A stretch of 64,000 bases of DNA from an uncultured Desulfobacteraceae bacterium (GCA_964492995.1 CAZBOB010000001.1:8827-72826); one strand, 5' to 3'. Shown: positions 19,601 through 29,514, counted from the stretch's first letter. Program-made: numbers and translations. The notes: generated from the letters alone by a model not told the origin.

Positions 19601-20257
19601 AAGCCTGATCTTCGTATATACGGATCGGTGAATCATCCTCTGATCAGCGGGAGGGCCCAAGTAGAATCCGGAACCGTCTATTTCCAAAAAAAGGAATTTA
19701 ATGTCAAAAGAGGTGTCTTTGATTTTATCAACCCGTATAAAATTGAGCCGACCATTGATGTGCTCAGCGAAATAATAGTTCGGGAATGGACCGTTTTTTT
19801 GAATATCTCCGGGACACCGGACAATCTTAAGTTTATTTTTTCTTCCAACCCATCAGAAAGAGAGGAGGATATTCTTTCTTTGTTGATAACCGGGAAAACA
19901 ACACGGGAACTGATCGCAGAAGAAGGCGGTTTATCCCGGTCTTCAGGACAAATACTGGCCGATGTTCTTGCTGAAACCGTTCAAAAACAAATCAAGGATG
20001 CCACCGGGCTGGATGTTGTAGAGCTGGAATATAAAGAAGGCGGAGAAGCTGAGGCGTCGGATGAGGTAAAAGTAACTGTTGGCAAAGAGCTTTCCCGAAG
20101 AATAACGGTCAAATACGGCGTGCAGACAAAAAATGCCAAGGTCATCCAGCAAGTGATCACGGAATATAAATTTCTTGAGAAATTGTTAATGAGCACCTTC
20201 CAGGATACGGAGGGACATTATGGCGGCGGGCTTCAATTCAGAGTTGAATTTCGGTAG
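16670..20257 (+). CDS. tamB: TamB-like translocation and assembly module protein (N-terminal anchor, long beta-rich body, DUF490-type C-terminus)
   Basis: 1195 aa with an N-terminal TM segment (LIGVVAVIAVFLFLLIGV) and a repetitive beta-helix-like body. The conserved C-terminal block (...VKYGVQ...EYKF...LQFRVEFR) is typical of TamB. An Omp85 gene follows immediately. Confidence 0.75.
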   Translation: MKFFKWSLIGVVAVIAVFLFLLIGVERYLNTDRAQQQLQAKVNQAIPGTITWSKSRLWVWRGEVELHNVLLSAPTNDKLLELNRILLRISWIRLLKGELCVKNLFLEKPQIDLVMDRLGNFNLVQALYTPKKSESKPVHSGFPLNIVIGELKVLNGFFEYKTKEAIADKQKNRMVFQNVNLTIRDGDLLKQKARLVCEIHGGNIAGTRIDRIHLSCHLKDRCLTINDLSLYTFAGRFDLKGQVDFKNAFANGFTSHHPDWDAISYELSMRQEDTLLDTMSFKGSRLKGSINSLIKLKGTGIDPKTLTAETSLELFASKLSAGEASSPVDVHVNAQASMEKGRVRIQQLDARAGRTHLKVTGDYDISSLKVAANFKLESPDLTEVLPPLGMNALGKMNIQGNVSGTVTAPVVVAQLRGENLEFNQVKIGNADAKIQLSEGMLSVDHGKIRNHNSLLDISGTARIRDPITHHIFETPFLDITVTGDALFIEDFIEGMKGKFVLNGHIFGHAARPRGNLNLKGEHIHFYTQKVQGIHLISDLDGDRLNLDPFELVIAPGEKIRVHGWISLNKNYHLRLSSEGISLKNVTWLQLGDVDTGKISFTFQGQGDFENPQITGEVLLNELRFNNQPLEDERFKIEVADRTAYISGGQNFALDATYHLQTQAFSASAGFGNTNLTPYLKIFGQSKLNGFMTGKIQVNGNAKTPDQLKGSADISRIEIFSNQTELIRSRDFKAFLKHGEISIPGARLNLLERGVVEIKGNGTLNGDLDIKAHGTIPLEIISLLTDVFPNAAGEVRISLGVNGNLSQPDLRADAEIINCGMTVPVLLQRMHDLNGSIHVTPEVIVLDNIRGMLDTGGFELFGAIDLKANRPSRVALKLKAHDLPLLIPDTLETRLNTELDIKGTSEKSLVSGYIQMIEGKYYKDIRLNLMESLGKKSREEALVAPEIPWPFLKNMALDITTRYREPFVVDNNVALLALKPDLRIYGSVNHPLISGRAQVESGTVYFQKKEFNVKRGVFDFINPYKIEPTIDVLSEIIVREWTVFLNISGTPDNLKFIFSSNPSEREEDILSLLITGKTTRELIAEEGGLSRSSGQILADVLAETVQKQIKDATGLDVVELEYKEGGEAEASDEVKVTVGKELSRRITVKYGVQTKNAKVIQQVITEYKFLEKLLMSTFQDTEGHYGGGLQFRVEFR

Positions 20258-20273
20258 GGAAAGATAACTTCAG

Positions 20274-23099
20274 ATGACCTGGTTCAAACAGAAAGACTGG
20301 ATAAAAATATCCGCGGTGTTGTGGATTCTAATGGCCTGCTTTGCCAAAGACCCTGCATATGCTCAGAGCACGGGAAAGGATGAGCCCGGACCCATTGTTT
20401 CACGGATTATCATCGATGTTCAGGGGATAAAAGGAGATGTGAGCCCATGGGTTGATCTGGCAAAGAACCTTATTTTTATCCGGGAAGGAGAGCCCTTTTC
20501 AACCAAACGGTTCCGGGATTCCCTCGACGCTTTGAAATCGTCGAATATGTTTAAAGCAATCCATGTTTCTGAATCAGACCGTGGAGAAAAACAATTTACA
20601 CTTGGTTTTCAAGTAACGCCCTATCCTCGAATTAAAGATATTAAAATCAGCGGTTCCTTTCCCCTGTTGGAACGAGAAATTCTCAACGCTATGCAGTTGT
20701 ATCCGGGAGATGTATATCATCCGGAAACGTTTTCCGGCAAAGAAGTTGTCATTACCGAAGTTTTCAAGAATGAAGGTTACATTGCCCCGGTTGTTAATTT
20801 AGACGCCGCAGAAGATCCGGCTGACGGAAATTTTGTGGTATATGTCACTATCGACAAGGGGGATTTTTTTCATATCCGGCGCTTTAAAATCACGGGAAAC
20901 CGCGCTTTTTCAACCATGCGCCTTAACTTGCGGATCAAAACTTATAAATCGTGGCTGACTCCGGATTTTATGAGGCGTTTTAAGAAAAAAGTATTTAATA
21001 AAGATATTCAAAATCTCATTCGGTTTTACCGGGGAAAAGGATACCCGGAGATTGTCGTGAACTCCGATGTTAACAAAGATGCCAAAACTCAAAATGCTTC
21101 TATTTTTGTAACCATTGATGAAGGACCCAGGTATGACATTGAATTTCAGGGCAATAAGGAGTTTTGGGATGTTACGCTTAAAAAAGATCTAACCCTGTTT
21201 AAGGAGGGCAACAAGAAGGATTTTGGTCTAAGAAAGAGTATCCGCAAAATAAAGAAACGTTACCGTAACGCCGGATATAAGGATTGTCGGATAGAAATCA
21301 AATCTGAAAGAAAACAAGAAGCCGGCATGCCCGTGCGTAACATCCGCCTGTTTATTCATGAGGGGCCGCAATATGTTGTAACTTCCGTCAACCTTACCGG
21401 AAATTATGCGTTTGATTCAAAAAAGATCAAAAAACAAATATTGACCGGAACTCCGGGAGTTATTGCAAACGGTGCATGGGTTCAGGAAACCCTGGAAGAG
21501 GACAAACATGCGGTTACGTCTTTGTATCTTAAGCAAGGATATATGAATACCGTGGTGAATGATGAAATAAAATCGCATAAGGACATTAAAAAAAATAAAA
21601 CGTATGTAGACCTCACCCTGGACATCAAGGAGGGGGTTCAGACGCAGGTAACGTCCGTAACGATCCATGGATTGAATGTGCTATCAGACTCCGAAGCCCT
21701 TGAAGCCATTACTTTGAAAAAAGGATCCCTTTTCCGCAACTATATGATTCGCAGTGATGAAAATACGCTGTCTTCCCTGATTTCTGAAAAGGGATACCCT
21801 CACGTCACGGTAGAGGGGACTGCGGTCATCAGCAAGGACAATACCCAAGCGGCAGTCACCTACGAAGTTGATGAAGGACCTTTTGTTAGAATGGGCCAGG
21901 TGGCTTACACGGGGAATTTCCTCACCAAAGGACGAGTTATCGAAAATGAACTTGAACTCAATCCGAACGAGCCGTTTTCGCTGAATAAATTTTTGAAATC
22001 TCAGCGCAATATCCGCGATATCGGAACCTTTGACTCGGTGCATTTTAAAACTTACGGCTTAAAGGAAAAGGAAGATAAAGTGAATCTGCTCCTGGAAGTG
22101 GAAGAGAAAAAGCCTTATTATATTCAATCTGGCGGCGGGTATGACACGGAAAGAGAATTTTACGCCGACATCCTGGCCGGAGACCACAACCTTTTCGGAT
22201 TAAACAAGGGGGTTTGGGCCGGCGCGGAAATCAGCCGGATCGGGTACCGCGGGAATCTGGGCATGGCTGACCCCCGGTTTATGGGAACTCGAATCAAGTC
22301 ATCAATAAATATGTTCAGCGAAAAAAGGGAAGAGTTTAACACGGATTTCGGCACCAGAAACACGGGCATCTCAGTATCATTTAACCGCAGACTTTTTCAG
22401 AAGTTTAACGCCGGCCTTTCTTTTGTTTATGCCTATAAAGAGCAGTACCCTCGGGACTCAGATCCCATACCGGCAGATGATGAAGACAAATATGAGCCCA
22501 GAGGAATTCTAACCACAAGCCCCTCTCTTGTTTATAATTCAGTAGATTCTTATATGCGCCCCAGAAAGGGAGTGTATTCTTCTTTGCTTTTGGATGTTTC
22601 CAAAGGGATCAACAATTCTCTGGATAATTTTCTCAAGTGTCGTTTCGAGATCCGGAAATATTATACACCTATGGAAAACCTGACATTTTTGATGCGAGGA
22701 TTGGTTGGGGATATTACCCCCTTTGATGACGGCAGTACGATACCGGAAGACCAGCTTTTTTTCCTGGGCGGTACCTCTACGGTTCGGGGATTTGATGAAA
22801 ACAGACTTCGATTTGATTCCAAGGGTGACGCTGTCGGAGGACAAACTGCAATCTTGGGCAACCTGGAAGCAAGAATTGACTTGGGACCTAATTTCGAGCT
22901 TTCTTTTTTTTACGACACGGGCAGCATCAAAAACGCTATTCTCGACCAGGGTTCGGATGACTTTCGTTCTTCAGCGGGTGTTGGATTGCATTATCTCACA
23001 CAAATCGGTCCCATGGGGGTCTATTATGGCCACAAACTGGACAGGAAAGCTAATGAAAGTGCAGGGAATTTTCATTTCACAATAGGGTTTAGATTTTAG
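20274..23099 (+). CDS. Omp85-family (BamA/TamA-like) outer-membrane protein with multiple POTRA repeats
   Basis: 941 aa with a signal peptide. Repeated POTRA-like units of about 80 aa (...I.GN..FS...L...). The C-terminal barrel has the motifs LFFLGGTSTVRGF and GVGLHY and ends in F. Confidence 0.85.
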   Translation: MTWFKQKDWIKISAVLWILMACFAKDPAYAQSTGKDEPGPIVSRIIIDVQGIKGDVSPWVDLAKNLIFIREGEPFSTKRFRDSLDALKSSNMFKAIHVSESDRGEKQFTLGFQVTPYPRIKDIKISGSFPLLEREILNAMQLYPGDVYHPETFSGKEVVITEVFKNEGYIAPVVNLDAAEDPADGNFVVYVTIDKGDFFHIRRFKITGNRAFSTMRLNLRIKTYKSWLTPDFMRRFKKKVFNKDIQNLIRFYRGKGYPEIVVNSDVNKDAKTQNASIFVTIDEGPRYDIEFQGNKEFWDVTLKKDLTLFKEGNKKDFGLRKSIRKIKKRYRNAGYKDCRIEIKSERKQEAGMPVRNIRLFIHEGPQYVVTSVNLTGNYAFDSKKIKKQILTGTPGVIANGAWVQETLEEDKHAVTSLYLKQGYMNTVVNDEIKSHKDIKKNKTYVDLTLDIKEGVQTQVTSVTIHGLNVLSDSEALEAITLKKGSLFRNYMIRSDENTLSSLISEKGYPHVTVEGTAVISKDNTQAAVTYEVDEGPFVRMGQVAYTGNFLTKGRVIENELELNPNEPFSLNKFLKSQRNIRDIGTFDSVHFKTYGLKEKEDKVNLLLEVEEKKPYYIQSGGGYDTEREFYADILAGDHNLFGLNKGVWAGAEISRIGYRGNLGMADPRFMGTRIKSSINMFSEKREEFNTDFGTRNTGISVSFNRRLFQKFNAGLSFVYAYKEQYPRDSDPIPADDEDKYEPRGILTTSPSLVYNSVDSYMRPRKGVYSSLLLDVSKGINNSLDNFLKCRFEIRKYYTPMENLTFLMRGLVGDITPFDDGSTIPEDQLFFLGGTSTVRGFDENRLRFDSKGDAVGGQTAILGNLEARIDLGPNFELSFFYDTGSIKNAILDQGSDDFRSSAGVGLHYLTQIGPMGVYYGHKLDRKANESAGNFHFTIGFRF

Positions 23100-23209
23100 T
23101 TTTCACTCAATCCTCCTTTTCAAGTCAAGTCCGCCCTGTCAGGTATTATTGTTTAATGTCGGCAATAAACTTGTTGGAGGTCTTAATGGTCTCAGCCCGG
23201 AAAAATTCC

Positions 23210-23370
23210 TTGACAACCAATGAAAACTTTTAATAAATAGACATTCTTTCTGTAATGCGCAATAAGAAATTGCGTTTGTTGTAAAAAATTCTATTAAATC
23301 TTTTAAGCCGTATAACAAGCCAAGAAGGTAGGATTGGATCGAAATCCAGTCATGCGTTCTTGGCTTTTTT
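23210..23370 (+). promoter_or_regulatory. Candidate promoter plus a leader of about 125 nt ending in a terminator-like hairpin, upstream of the APC permease
   Basis: TTGACA (23210-23215), 17-nt spacer, ATAAAT (23233-23238). Hairpin GCGCAA/TTGCGT near 23256-23277. Hairpin AGCCAAGAA...TTCTTGGCT (23319-23365) followed by TTTTTT. Confidence 0.35.
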
Positions 23371-23392
23371 AGTTTTGGGACTATGAAATATT

Positions 23393-24859
23393 TTGTCATC
23401 ACAATTTTGGTTCTGGCGCTTGTCTCCGGCTCCCTTGCGTTTGCAAAAGAAAAACGGGTTGAAAAGGAAAATCACACTGAAAAACAACCTTAACAACAAC
23501 GAACTCAAAAGAGAGATCGGTCTTTTTTCAATAACGGTCCTGGTCATTGCCAACATGGTGGGAACCGGAATATTCACCACCTCCGGTTTTATCATTCAGG
23601 AACTTGGAAATCCTCAAGCCATGCTGATCTGCTGGCTTGTGGGAGGTGTCTTTGCCCTTTGCGGGGCGCTCTGCTACGGAGAACTGGGCGCCATGTTCCC
23701 GAAGGCCGGAGGGGAATATGTATTTTTGAGGGAAAGCTTCGGAAAATGCATGGGCTTTCTTTCCGGCTGGATCTCCCTGATTGTTGGATTTTCCGCACCC
23801 ATTGCCGCGGCGGCCATTGCATTTGCCACCTATTTTTATCGAACCTTTTCCGTTCCCGATGGTCCTGAGCTGACCGTTGCATTTCTCGGCGTCACCATTG
23901 TCAGTCTTTCATCAAAGGGTCTTTTGGCAATTACGATCATCATCGTATTTTCCATGATCCACTATCACAGCCTGCTTATGGGGACCCGGGTTCAGAATGC
24001 ATTGACGCTGTTTAAGATAGGACTCATCGTCGCTTTTATTGTCATGGGCTTGTGCTGGGGCAACGGCTCAACAGGCCATTTCTCCTGCAATCTTGATATG
24101 CGCACTCTTTTTCAGGGCAAGTTCGCTGTCTCTCTCATATTTGTTTCATTTGCCTACAGTGGCTGGAATGCCGCCGCCTACCTGGGAGGTGAGATCAAAA
24201 GGCCCTCTACAAACATCCCGCTCTCCCTTTTTACGGGCACGTTTCTTGTTCTGTGCCTTTATCTCCTGTTGAACATTGTCTATGTCTACGCACTTCCTGC
24301 AAATGAGATGAGCGGGGTCCTTGAAGTGGGTGCAAAATCCGCAGTCTTTCTATTTGGCGGGCATCTCAGCCGATATTTCAGCGGCGCCATTACCATCGCA
24401 CTTCTCTCTGTCTTAAGCGCCATGATCATGACAGGGCCAAGGGTCTATTATGCCATGGCAAAAGACGGCGTTTTTTTTGAGCTTTTTGGCAAGGTGAATG
24501 GTCTTCGCAGGACGCCGGCCTATTCCATTTTCTTACAGGCAGGCATCGCCATTCTCATGGTTATCACCGCCTCTTTTGACAAGCTGCTCATATACATCGG
24601 TTTTACACTTTCATTGTGTGCCATGCTCACAGTTGTGGGCATGATCGTCTTGAGAAAAACCCAACCTTCTCTTGATAGAAGTTATAAGACATTTGGTTAC
24701 CCGGTAACGCCATTACTGTTTATCTTGGGAAATCTCTGGATTATTTATTTTTCCATTAAGAACAAACCCATTACATCCTTGTTTGGAATGGGTACAATAG
24801 GTTTAGGGCTTTTGGTCTATCTCTATTTCAGCAAGCCAAGGAAAAATCATGAAATATAG
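23393..24859 (+). CDS. APC-superfamily amino acid permease
   Basis: LKREIGLFSITVLVIANMVGTGIFTTSG is the typical APC N-terminus, with about 12 hydrophobic segments. The true start is uncertain (a possible TTG near 23459). Confidence 0.85.
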   Translation: MSSQFWFWRLSPAPLRLQKKNGLKRKITLKNNLNNNELKREIGLFSITVLVIANMVGTGIFTTSGFIIQELGNPQAMLICWLVGGVFALCGALCYGELGAMFPKAGGEYVFLRESFGKCMGFLSGWISLIVGFSAPIAAAAIAFATYFYRTFSVPDGPELTVAFLGVTIVSLSSKGLLAITIIIVFSMIHYHSLLMGTRVQNALTLFKIGLIVAFIVMGLCWGNGSTGHFSCNLDMRTLFQGKFAVSLIFVSFAYSGWNAAAYLGGEIKRPSTNIPLSLFTGTFLVLCLYLLLNIVYVYALPANEMSGVLEVGAKSAVFLFGGHLSRYFSGAITIALLSVLSAMIMTGPRVYYAMAKDGVFFELFGKVNGLRRTPAYSIFLQAGIAILMVITASFDKLLIYIGFTLSLCAMLTVVGMIVLRKTQPSLDRSYKTFGYPVTPLLFILGNLWIIYFSIKNKPITSLFGMGTIGLGLLVYLYFSKPRKNHEI

Positions 24860-25307
24860 AAGTTTGATATTCTTTTTTTTAATAATGGCTTTTATGTTAC
24901 CCTCACTACTTTATGCCCATGGTGTGACGAGCAAAATAGCCACCGGAGGAATTGTTGTCAGCGCAATGTATGACACAGGCGAGGCCATGGATTATGCCAG
25001 GGTAACCATTTCAGCACCGGGTGCGAATTTAAAATTTCAGTCCGGAAGGACGGATAGAAACGGTAGATTCTGTTTCTTTCCCGATGTTAGCGGTGATTGG
25101 AATGTGGTGGTCGATGACGAGATGGGGCATCGATTGAAGGTTACGGTGCCGGTTGACGAGGCGATGGCTTTGCAATCGAACCGGGAAAACAAGAATGCAG
25201 GTCGAGGCTTTTTTACCCGATGCGAAAAGGCCGTCATGGGTGTCTCTATTATCTTTGGGATATCAGGGATTCTATTTTGGTGGAAAGGGAGAAAAACCGG
25301 AAAATAA
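24849..25307 (+). CDS. Hypothetical exported protein with C-terminal membrane anchor
   Basis: Signal peptide LIFFFLIMAFMLPSLLYAHG, a beta-rich domain, and a C-terminal helix VMGVSIIFGISGILFWW. The start overlaps the permease stop by 11 nt. Confidence 0.55.
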   Translation: MKYRSLIFFFLIMAFMLPSLLYAHGVTSKIATGGIVVSAMYDTGEAMDYARVTISAPGANLKFQSGRTDRNGRFCFFPDVSGDWNVVVDDEMGHRLKVTVPVDEAMALQSNRENKNAGRGFFTRCEKAVMGVSIIFGISGILFWWKGRKTGK

Positions 25308-25333
25308 ATTTATCCACCAGATGCCACCTGGAA

Positions 25334-28333
25334 TTACCAAACTTTTGGAATACCATTGACTCGTTTTACGGTCATGGTTACGGCGCCGAAGTCTTGCTCT
25401 ACTTTACCATAGAGTATGAACGGCCGGTTTTGTTCCAGAATGGCGCAAAATCGGCGATAGGCCTTGGGGAAAAAGGTGGTTTCCACCAGGCCGGTTTCAT
25501 CTTCGAAAGTCAGAAACTCCATGGGTTCGCCATGTTTGGTATGAACGACCTTGCCGGTAATCAACAGACCGGCAATGCGAACATGCCGGCCGATGAAGCG
25601 AGGTAAGTCCCTGGCCTTAACAATCTTCTGTTTTTTTAAAGCATCGGCGTACAACACCATGGGATGCCGGTCACACAAAAAGCCCAGGGCTGAAAATTCA
25701 TGCCGCAGACGCTCTGTCTCATTTTCAGAAGGAAATGACGGTTTGGGAACAGCTCTCCCCACATTAAACAAGTCCCCTGCCCTCGATCGGTGTGACCGTG
25801 ACTTTTGCCGGCAGGCCAGCTCCCACAACAATGAACTTCTATTCTCTTCCGGATGGAGCGAATCAAACGCGCCGGCGTGAATCAGAGAACGCGCCTCAGG
25901 GTCGTCGGGTTGAACCCGTTCAAGAAAATCGATGATGTCATGATACGGTTTCGATTTTCGTTCGGCAACAATACGTCTGCGCGTGTGGGTGCTCAAACCC
26001 TTGATGGATAACCATCCCACCCGCATGGCCCCCGCCCTGCCCTTCCAGCGGACATCACTTTTGTTTACGTCGGGAGGTAAAATTTCCACTCCCATGCGCC
26101 GGGCTTCGGACACGTAAGCGAATGTGCTGTAAAAACCACCCTGATTGCTGATGACCGCCGCCATAAACTGGGCCGGATAATGGGTCTTGAGATAGGCGGC
26201 CTGGAAAGAGACACGGGCATAGCTGGCACTGTGGGGCTTGCAGAAGGAATAGCCGCTAAAACTCATCATCATGTCCCAAACGGCATGGATTTGCTCGTGG
26301 GTAACGCCTCGTGCTTGTGCGCCGGCAATGAAACGCTCTTTATAGTGGCCCAATTTGCGGGCCTTATCCTTTTTGGACATGATTTTACGAAGGCCGTCCG
26401 CATGGGCGTGTGAAAAACCTGCCAGAGCAACGGCGGTTCTGGCAACATCCTCCTGATAGACCATGATGCCATAGGTCTCTTCAAGCACGTCTGCCAGCAA
26501 CGGATGAATCGGCTCCCATTTACCGCCATGCAGACGGCGAATATATTCGCGAATAAACTCATTGGCCGCCGGACGGATAATGCTGCTGTGAATCACCAGG
26601 TGCTCAAAATCACCGATCTTTGTTTTCTTTTGCAACAGTCGCATGGCCGGACTCTCGATGTAAAAGCAACCCATGGTATTTCCCCCGGCCACAGTTGCCT
26701 GTGTGGCCACATCGTCTTCCGGCTCCCAGTGATCTTCATCAAAGTCCGTGCCGTTGTCCCTCAAATTTGCAATGGCATCGCGGATAACCCCCAGACTGCG
26801 GTTGCCGAGAAGGTCAATTTTAACCAGACCCCTGTGTTCCGCGCCGTCTTTTTCCCACTGGATAATCGGAACCCCTTTGGGGGCGATTTCCACCGGCACA
26901 TAATTATAAAGAGGATCCGGAGTGATAACCACCCCCCCCGGATGAACAGAAAGATAGCGCGGGATACCGATAATGCGCCGGGCGGTGTGAATGATTTTCT
27001 GCCAGGGCTCCGGAAAATCGAATTCGCCAAGCTTGGGCAGTTGTTTGAGTTGGGATAATAGATCGTCATTCATATGAGCCTTACGCCAGAACCAGGGAAG
27101 ACGTTGGGTGACCCGGCCGATCTCCGGGTCAGTGAGTCCGAAGACCTTGGCCACTTCCCGTATGGCCATGCGCGGTTGAAAGGCAACGTGATTGCATACC
27201 AGCGCAGCGTGACCCTTGTACTGCTTTAATACGGAATGCAGAACCTCATCCCGTTCATCCCACGCAAAATCGATGTCTATGTCCGGAGGATCCGAGCGGC
27301 CGGGGTTCAGAAAACGCTCGAAATACAGGTTATGTTTGATCGGACAGACATTGGTAATCCCCAAACTGTAAGCCACCAGGGACGCCGCACCGCTTCCGCG
27401 ACCGCAGATGCGCGGACTGCGAGACACGATATCTTGAACCACAAGAAAATACGACAAAAATCCCATCTTTTCGATGATGCTCAGTTCATGTTCCAGGCGG
27501 TCCACAACGGTTTCGGGGAGATCGTCACCATACCTTTTTCGTGCCCCTTTATACGTAGCATCCCGCAGGAGATGCTTGGCGCTTTTCCCTTGTGAGTTGC
27601 GCCACGGCGGCAGAACCAGTCCGGAACAGGGCCCGGTAAATGTCAGCCGTTCCGCAATTTCCCGGCCGGCCCGAATCACATCCGGCCAAATGGCAAAACG
27701 TTCAGCATATTCCGATGCCGGCGCCAGCCATGCGTCAGACGGTGCCGCATCTTCTGGTGTTAACCGGGAAAGAGACGTATTACGGTCTATTGCCCGCAGC
27801 ATACGGTGGACTTTTAGGTCATCCGGGTCCAGGAAAAAACTTCCGGGTGTGGCCACAACCGGTACGCCAAGGTTTTTGGAGATCTTCCACAATTTAAAGG
27901 CCGTGCCATTGGGCCTGCGCGGCACCGCTCCAGCGATCGTTACACCGGCTTCATGCCACTCCGGTAAAAGCGCAGGGCTTTGTGTGAGAACGGCCAGTCC
28001 CCGGGCATGGTCGGGCACGGCGGACTTCAGATCAAATTCTTTATCGGAGTGACGGCGTGTAATCAGGCGGCAGAGGTTTCCGTATCCCTGCTCGTTCTCC
28101 ACCAGGCAAACCGCGCGACACCCGGATGCGGGATCTGTCAGTTCCGCACCCACAATGGGGGTAATGTTTTCACGTTCGCAACTCTTTAAAAAGGGCCACA
28201 GGCCGTAAAGATTGTCGGTATCCGTAAGGGCCAGTTGCGTGTACCCCCGCTGTTTGGCAACCGCGCAAATCCTTTCCGGCGAACACGTGCCCCACATCAA
28301 TGAATAATATGAACGGACGGTAAGAGGAATCAT
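25334..28333 (-). CDS. dnaE2: Error-prone DNA polymerase III alpha-like subunit
   Basis: 999 aa. PHP domain start (RSYYSLMWGT...LALTDTDNLYG) and Pol III alpha core (DIDIDF, HPGGVVI, FCKPHSASYA). Sits immediately downstream of imuB with a 4-nt overlap. Confidence 0.9.
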   Translation of the reverse strand: MIPLTVRSYYSLMWGTCSPERICAVAKQRGYTQLALTDTDNLYGLWPFLKSCERENITPIVGAELTDPASGCRAVCLVENEQGYGNLCRLITRRHSDKEFDLKSAVPDHARGLAVLTQSPALLPEWHEAGVTIAGAVPRRPNGTAFKLWKISKNLGVPVVATPGSFFLDPDDLKVHRMLRAIDRNTSLSRLTPEDAAPSDAWLAPASEYAERFAIWPDVIRAGREIAERLTFTGPCSGLVLPPWRNSQGKSAKHLLRDATYKGARKRYGDDLPETVVDRLEHELSIIEKMGFLSYFLVVQDIVSRSPRICGRGSGAASLVAYSLGITNVCPIKHNLYFERFLNPGRSDPPDIDIDFAWDERDEVLHSVLKQYKGHAALVCNHVAFQPRMAIREVAKVFGLTDPEIGRVTQRLPWFWRKAHMNDDLLSQLKQLPKLGEFDFPEPWQKIIHTARRIIGIPRYLSVHPGGVVITPDPLYNYVPVEIAPKGVPIIQWEKDGAEHRGLVKIDLLGNRSLGVIRDAIANLRDNGTDFDEDHWEPEDDVATQATVAGGNTMGCFYIESPAMRLLQKKTKIGDFEHLVIHSSIIRPAANEFIREYIRRLHGGKWEPIHPLLADVLEETYGIMVYQEDVARTAVALAGFSHAHADGLRKIMSKKDKARKLGHYKERFIAGAQARGVTHEQIHAVWDMMMSFSGYSFCKPHSASYARVSFQAAYLKTHYPAQFMAAVISNQGGFYSTFAYVSEARRMGVEILPPDVNKSDVRWKGRAGAMRVGWLSIKGLSTHTRRRIVAERKSKPYHDIIDFLERVQPDDPEARSLIHAGAFDSLHPEENRSSLLWELACRQKSRSHRSRAGDLFNVGRAVPKPSFPSENETERLRHEFSALGFLCDRHPMVLYADALKKQKIVKARDLPRFIGRHVRIAGLLITGKVVHTKHGEPMEFLTFEDETGLVETTFFPKAYRRFCAILEQNRPFILYGKVEQDFGAVTMTVKRVNGIPKVW

Positions 28334-29505
28334 TGGGACAGTGTCCTTCCCACACGAATTGCGTTGAAACCAAAACGATAGCGGATCGTATCGAGAGCAA
28401 AGATCAGGGTATCACTCATCTTGCTTTCTTTTTCATGTTCGGCAAAAAGCGCCATCTGTGCGGGGGGATAAGTCAGACGGTCGCAAATCAAGCGCAGATG
28501 CCGGATGCCGACCCGGCGTGTCCAGGCCCGTTCAAGCGCTCTCTTTGCCAGAACAAACAGGCGAAAATCATTGGCCGTGGCCGGATTGGCAACAGCCTGA
28601 CGGGCAACCCGCATGCCGTCGGAATAGTCGAGGAGAATCTTGATCCGTCTTGCTGTCAGCCGTGGCTTGCGTAAATCTGAACCGGCCCGCTCGGCCAGTC
28701 CATATAATGCGCCTTGCACCATCGCCACATGGTTGGTGTTATCAGCAAATGCATGATCTGCAACCACAACCGGCGGCTTCTGTCCCACAGGCAGAACCGG
28801 GGATGGGTCAATGCCGCGCACGGCATTGTACAAACTGCCACTGCGACTGCCGAACATAATATTCAGTTGTTCCATGGACAGATGGGCCACATGACCGGCA
28901 CGGGTTAAATTGAATTCCCGAAAACGTTTCAGGTCTTCCCCTTCGATACCGGGGATAAGATGGACCGGCACGGGTTTCAGAAAGTCTTGTTCTTCACCGG
29001 CTCCGATGACATATTCACCGGCCGGCTTGACCATGCGTGTTGCCACTTTGGCGATCAGTTTGTTGGGAGCCACCGACCAGATGGGATCGAAACCCATATC
29101 CGCCCGCAACGCCTTGCGAATGCGCCACGCCACGTCAGGCGGCGGGCCGAACAGTTTTCCCGTTTTGGTGGCATCTACAAATAAATGTCCATTATGGTCG
29201 GTCATTTCAATCAACGGCGAAAAAGGCAGGGCATGTTTAACGAGCCGGGTCATTGCACGTTCGTAGCGGGCAGGATGGGGTGGTAATACAACGGCATCCC
29301 GGCAACAGCCAAGCGCCCGTCCCAGGGTCATGCCTTTACGCACGCCATTTTGATACGATTCTTCACTCATGTCATACACCGCCGCCCGCGCCTTGCCCCC
29401 CGGGGCAATGATCACCGGACGTTCCCGCAGCCGACTGTCCACCAGTCGTTCCACAGCCACGGCAAAATCGGCCACATTTATATGGATGATTGAACGTTCA
29501 CGCAT
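28330..29505 (-). CDS. imuB: ImuB-like Y-family polymerase homolog
   Basis: IIHINVADFAVAVERL...RPVIIAP is a Y-family N-terminus, and the gene sits in the canonical position upstream of dnaE2. At 391 aa it seems shorter than the ImuB proteins I recall. Confidence 0.75.
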   Translation of the reverse strand: MRERSIIHINVADFAVAVERLVDSRLRERPVIIAPGGKARAAVYDMSEESYQNGVRKGMTLGRALGCCRDAVVLPPHPARYERAMTRLVKHALPFSPLIEMTDHNGHLFVDATKTGKLFGPPPDVAWRIRKALRADMGFDPIWSVAPNKLIAKVATRMVKPAGEYVIGAGEEQDFLKPVPVHLIPGIEGEDLKRFREFNLTRAGHVAHLSMEQLNIMFGSRSGSLYNAVRGIDPSPVLPVGQKPPVVVADHAFADNTNHVAMVQGALYGLAERAGSDLRKPRLTARRIKILLDYSDGMRVARQAVANPATANDFRLFVLAKRALERAWTRRVGIRHLRLICDRLTYPPAQMALFAEHEKESKMSDTLIFALDTIRYRFGFNAIRVGRTLSQ

Positions 29506-29514
29506 ATCAAGTTA

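Noticed and set aside
23139-23595. Minus-strand ORFs of 87 aa and 81 aa overlapping the permease upstream region.
   Set aside because: No ribosome-binding sites or motifs are present. The region is better explained by the plus-strand promoter, leader and permease N-terminus.
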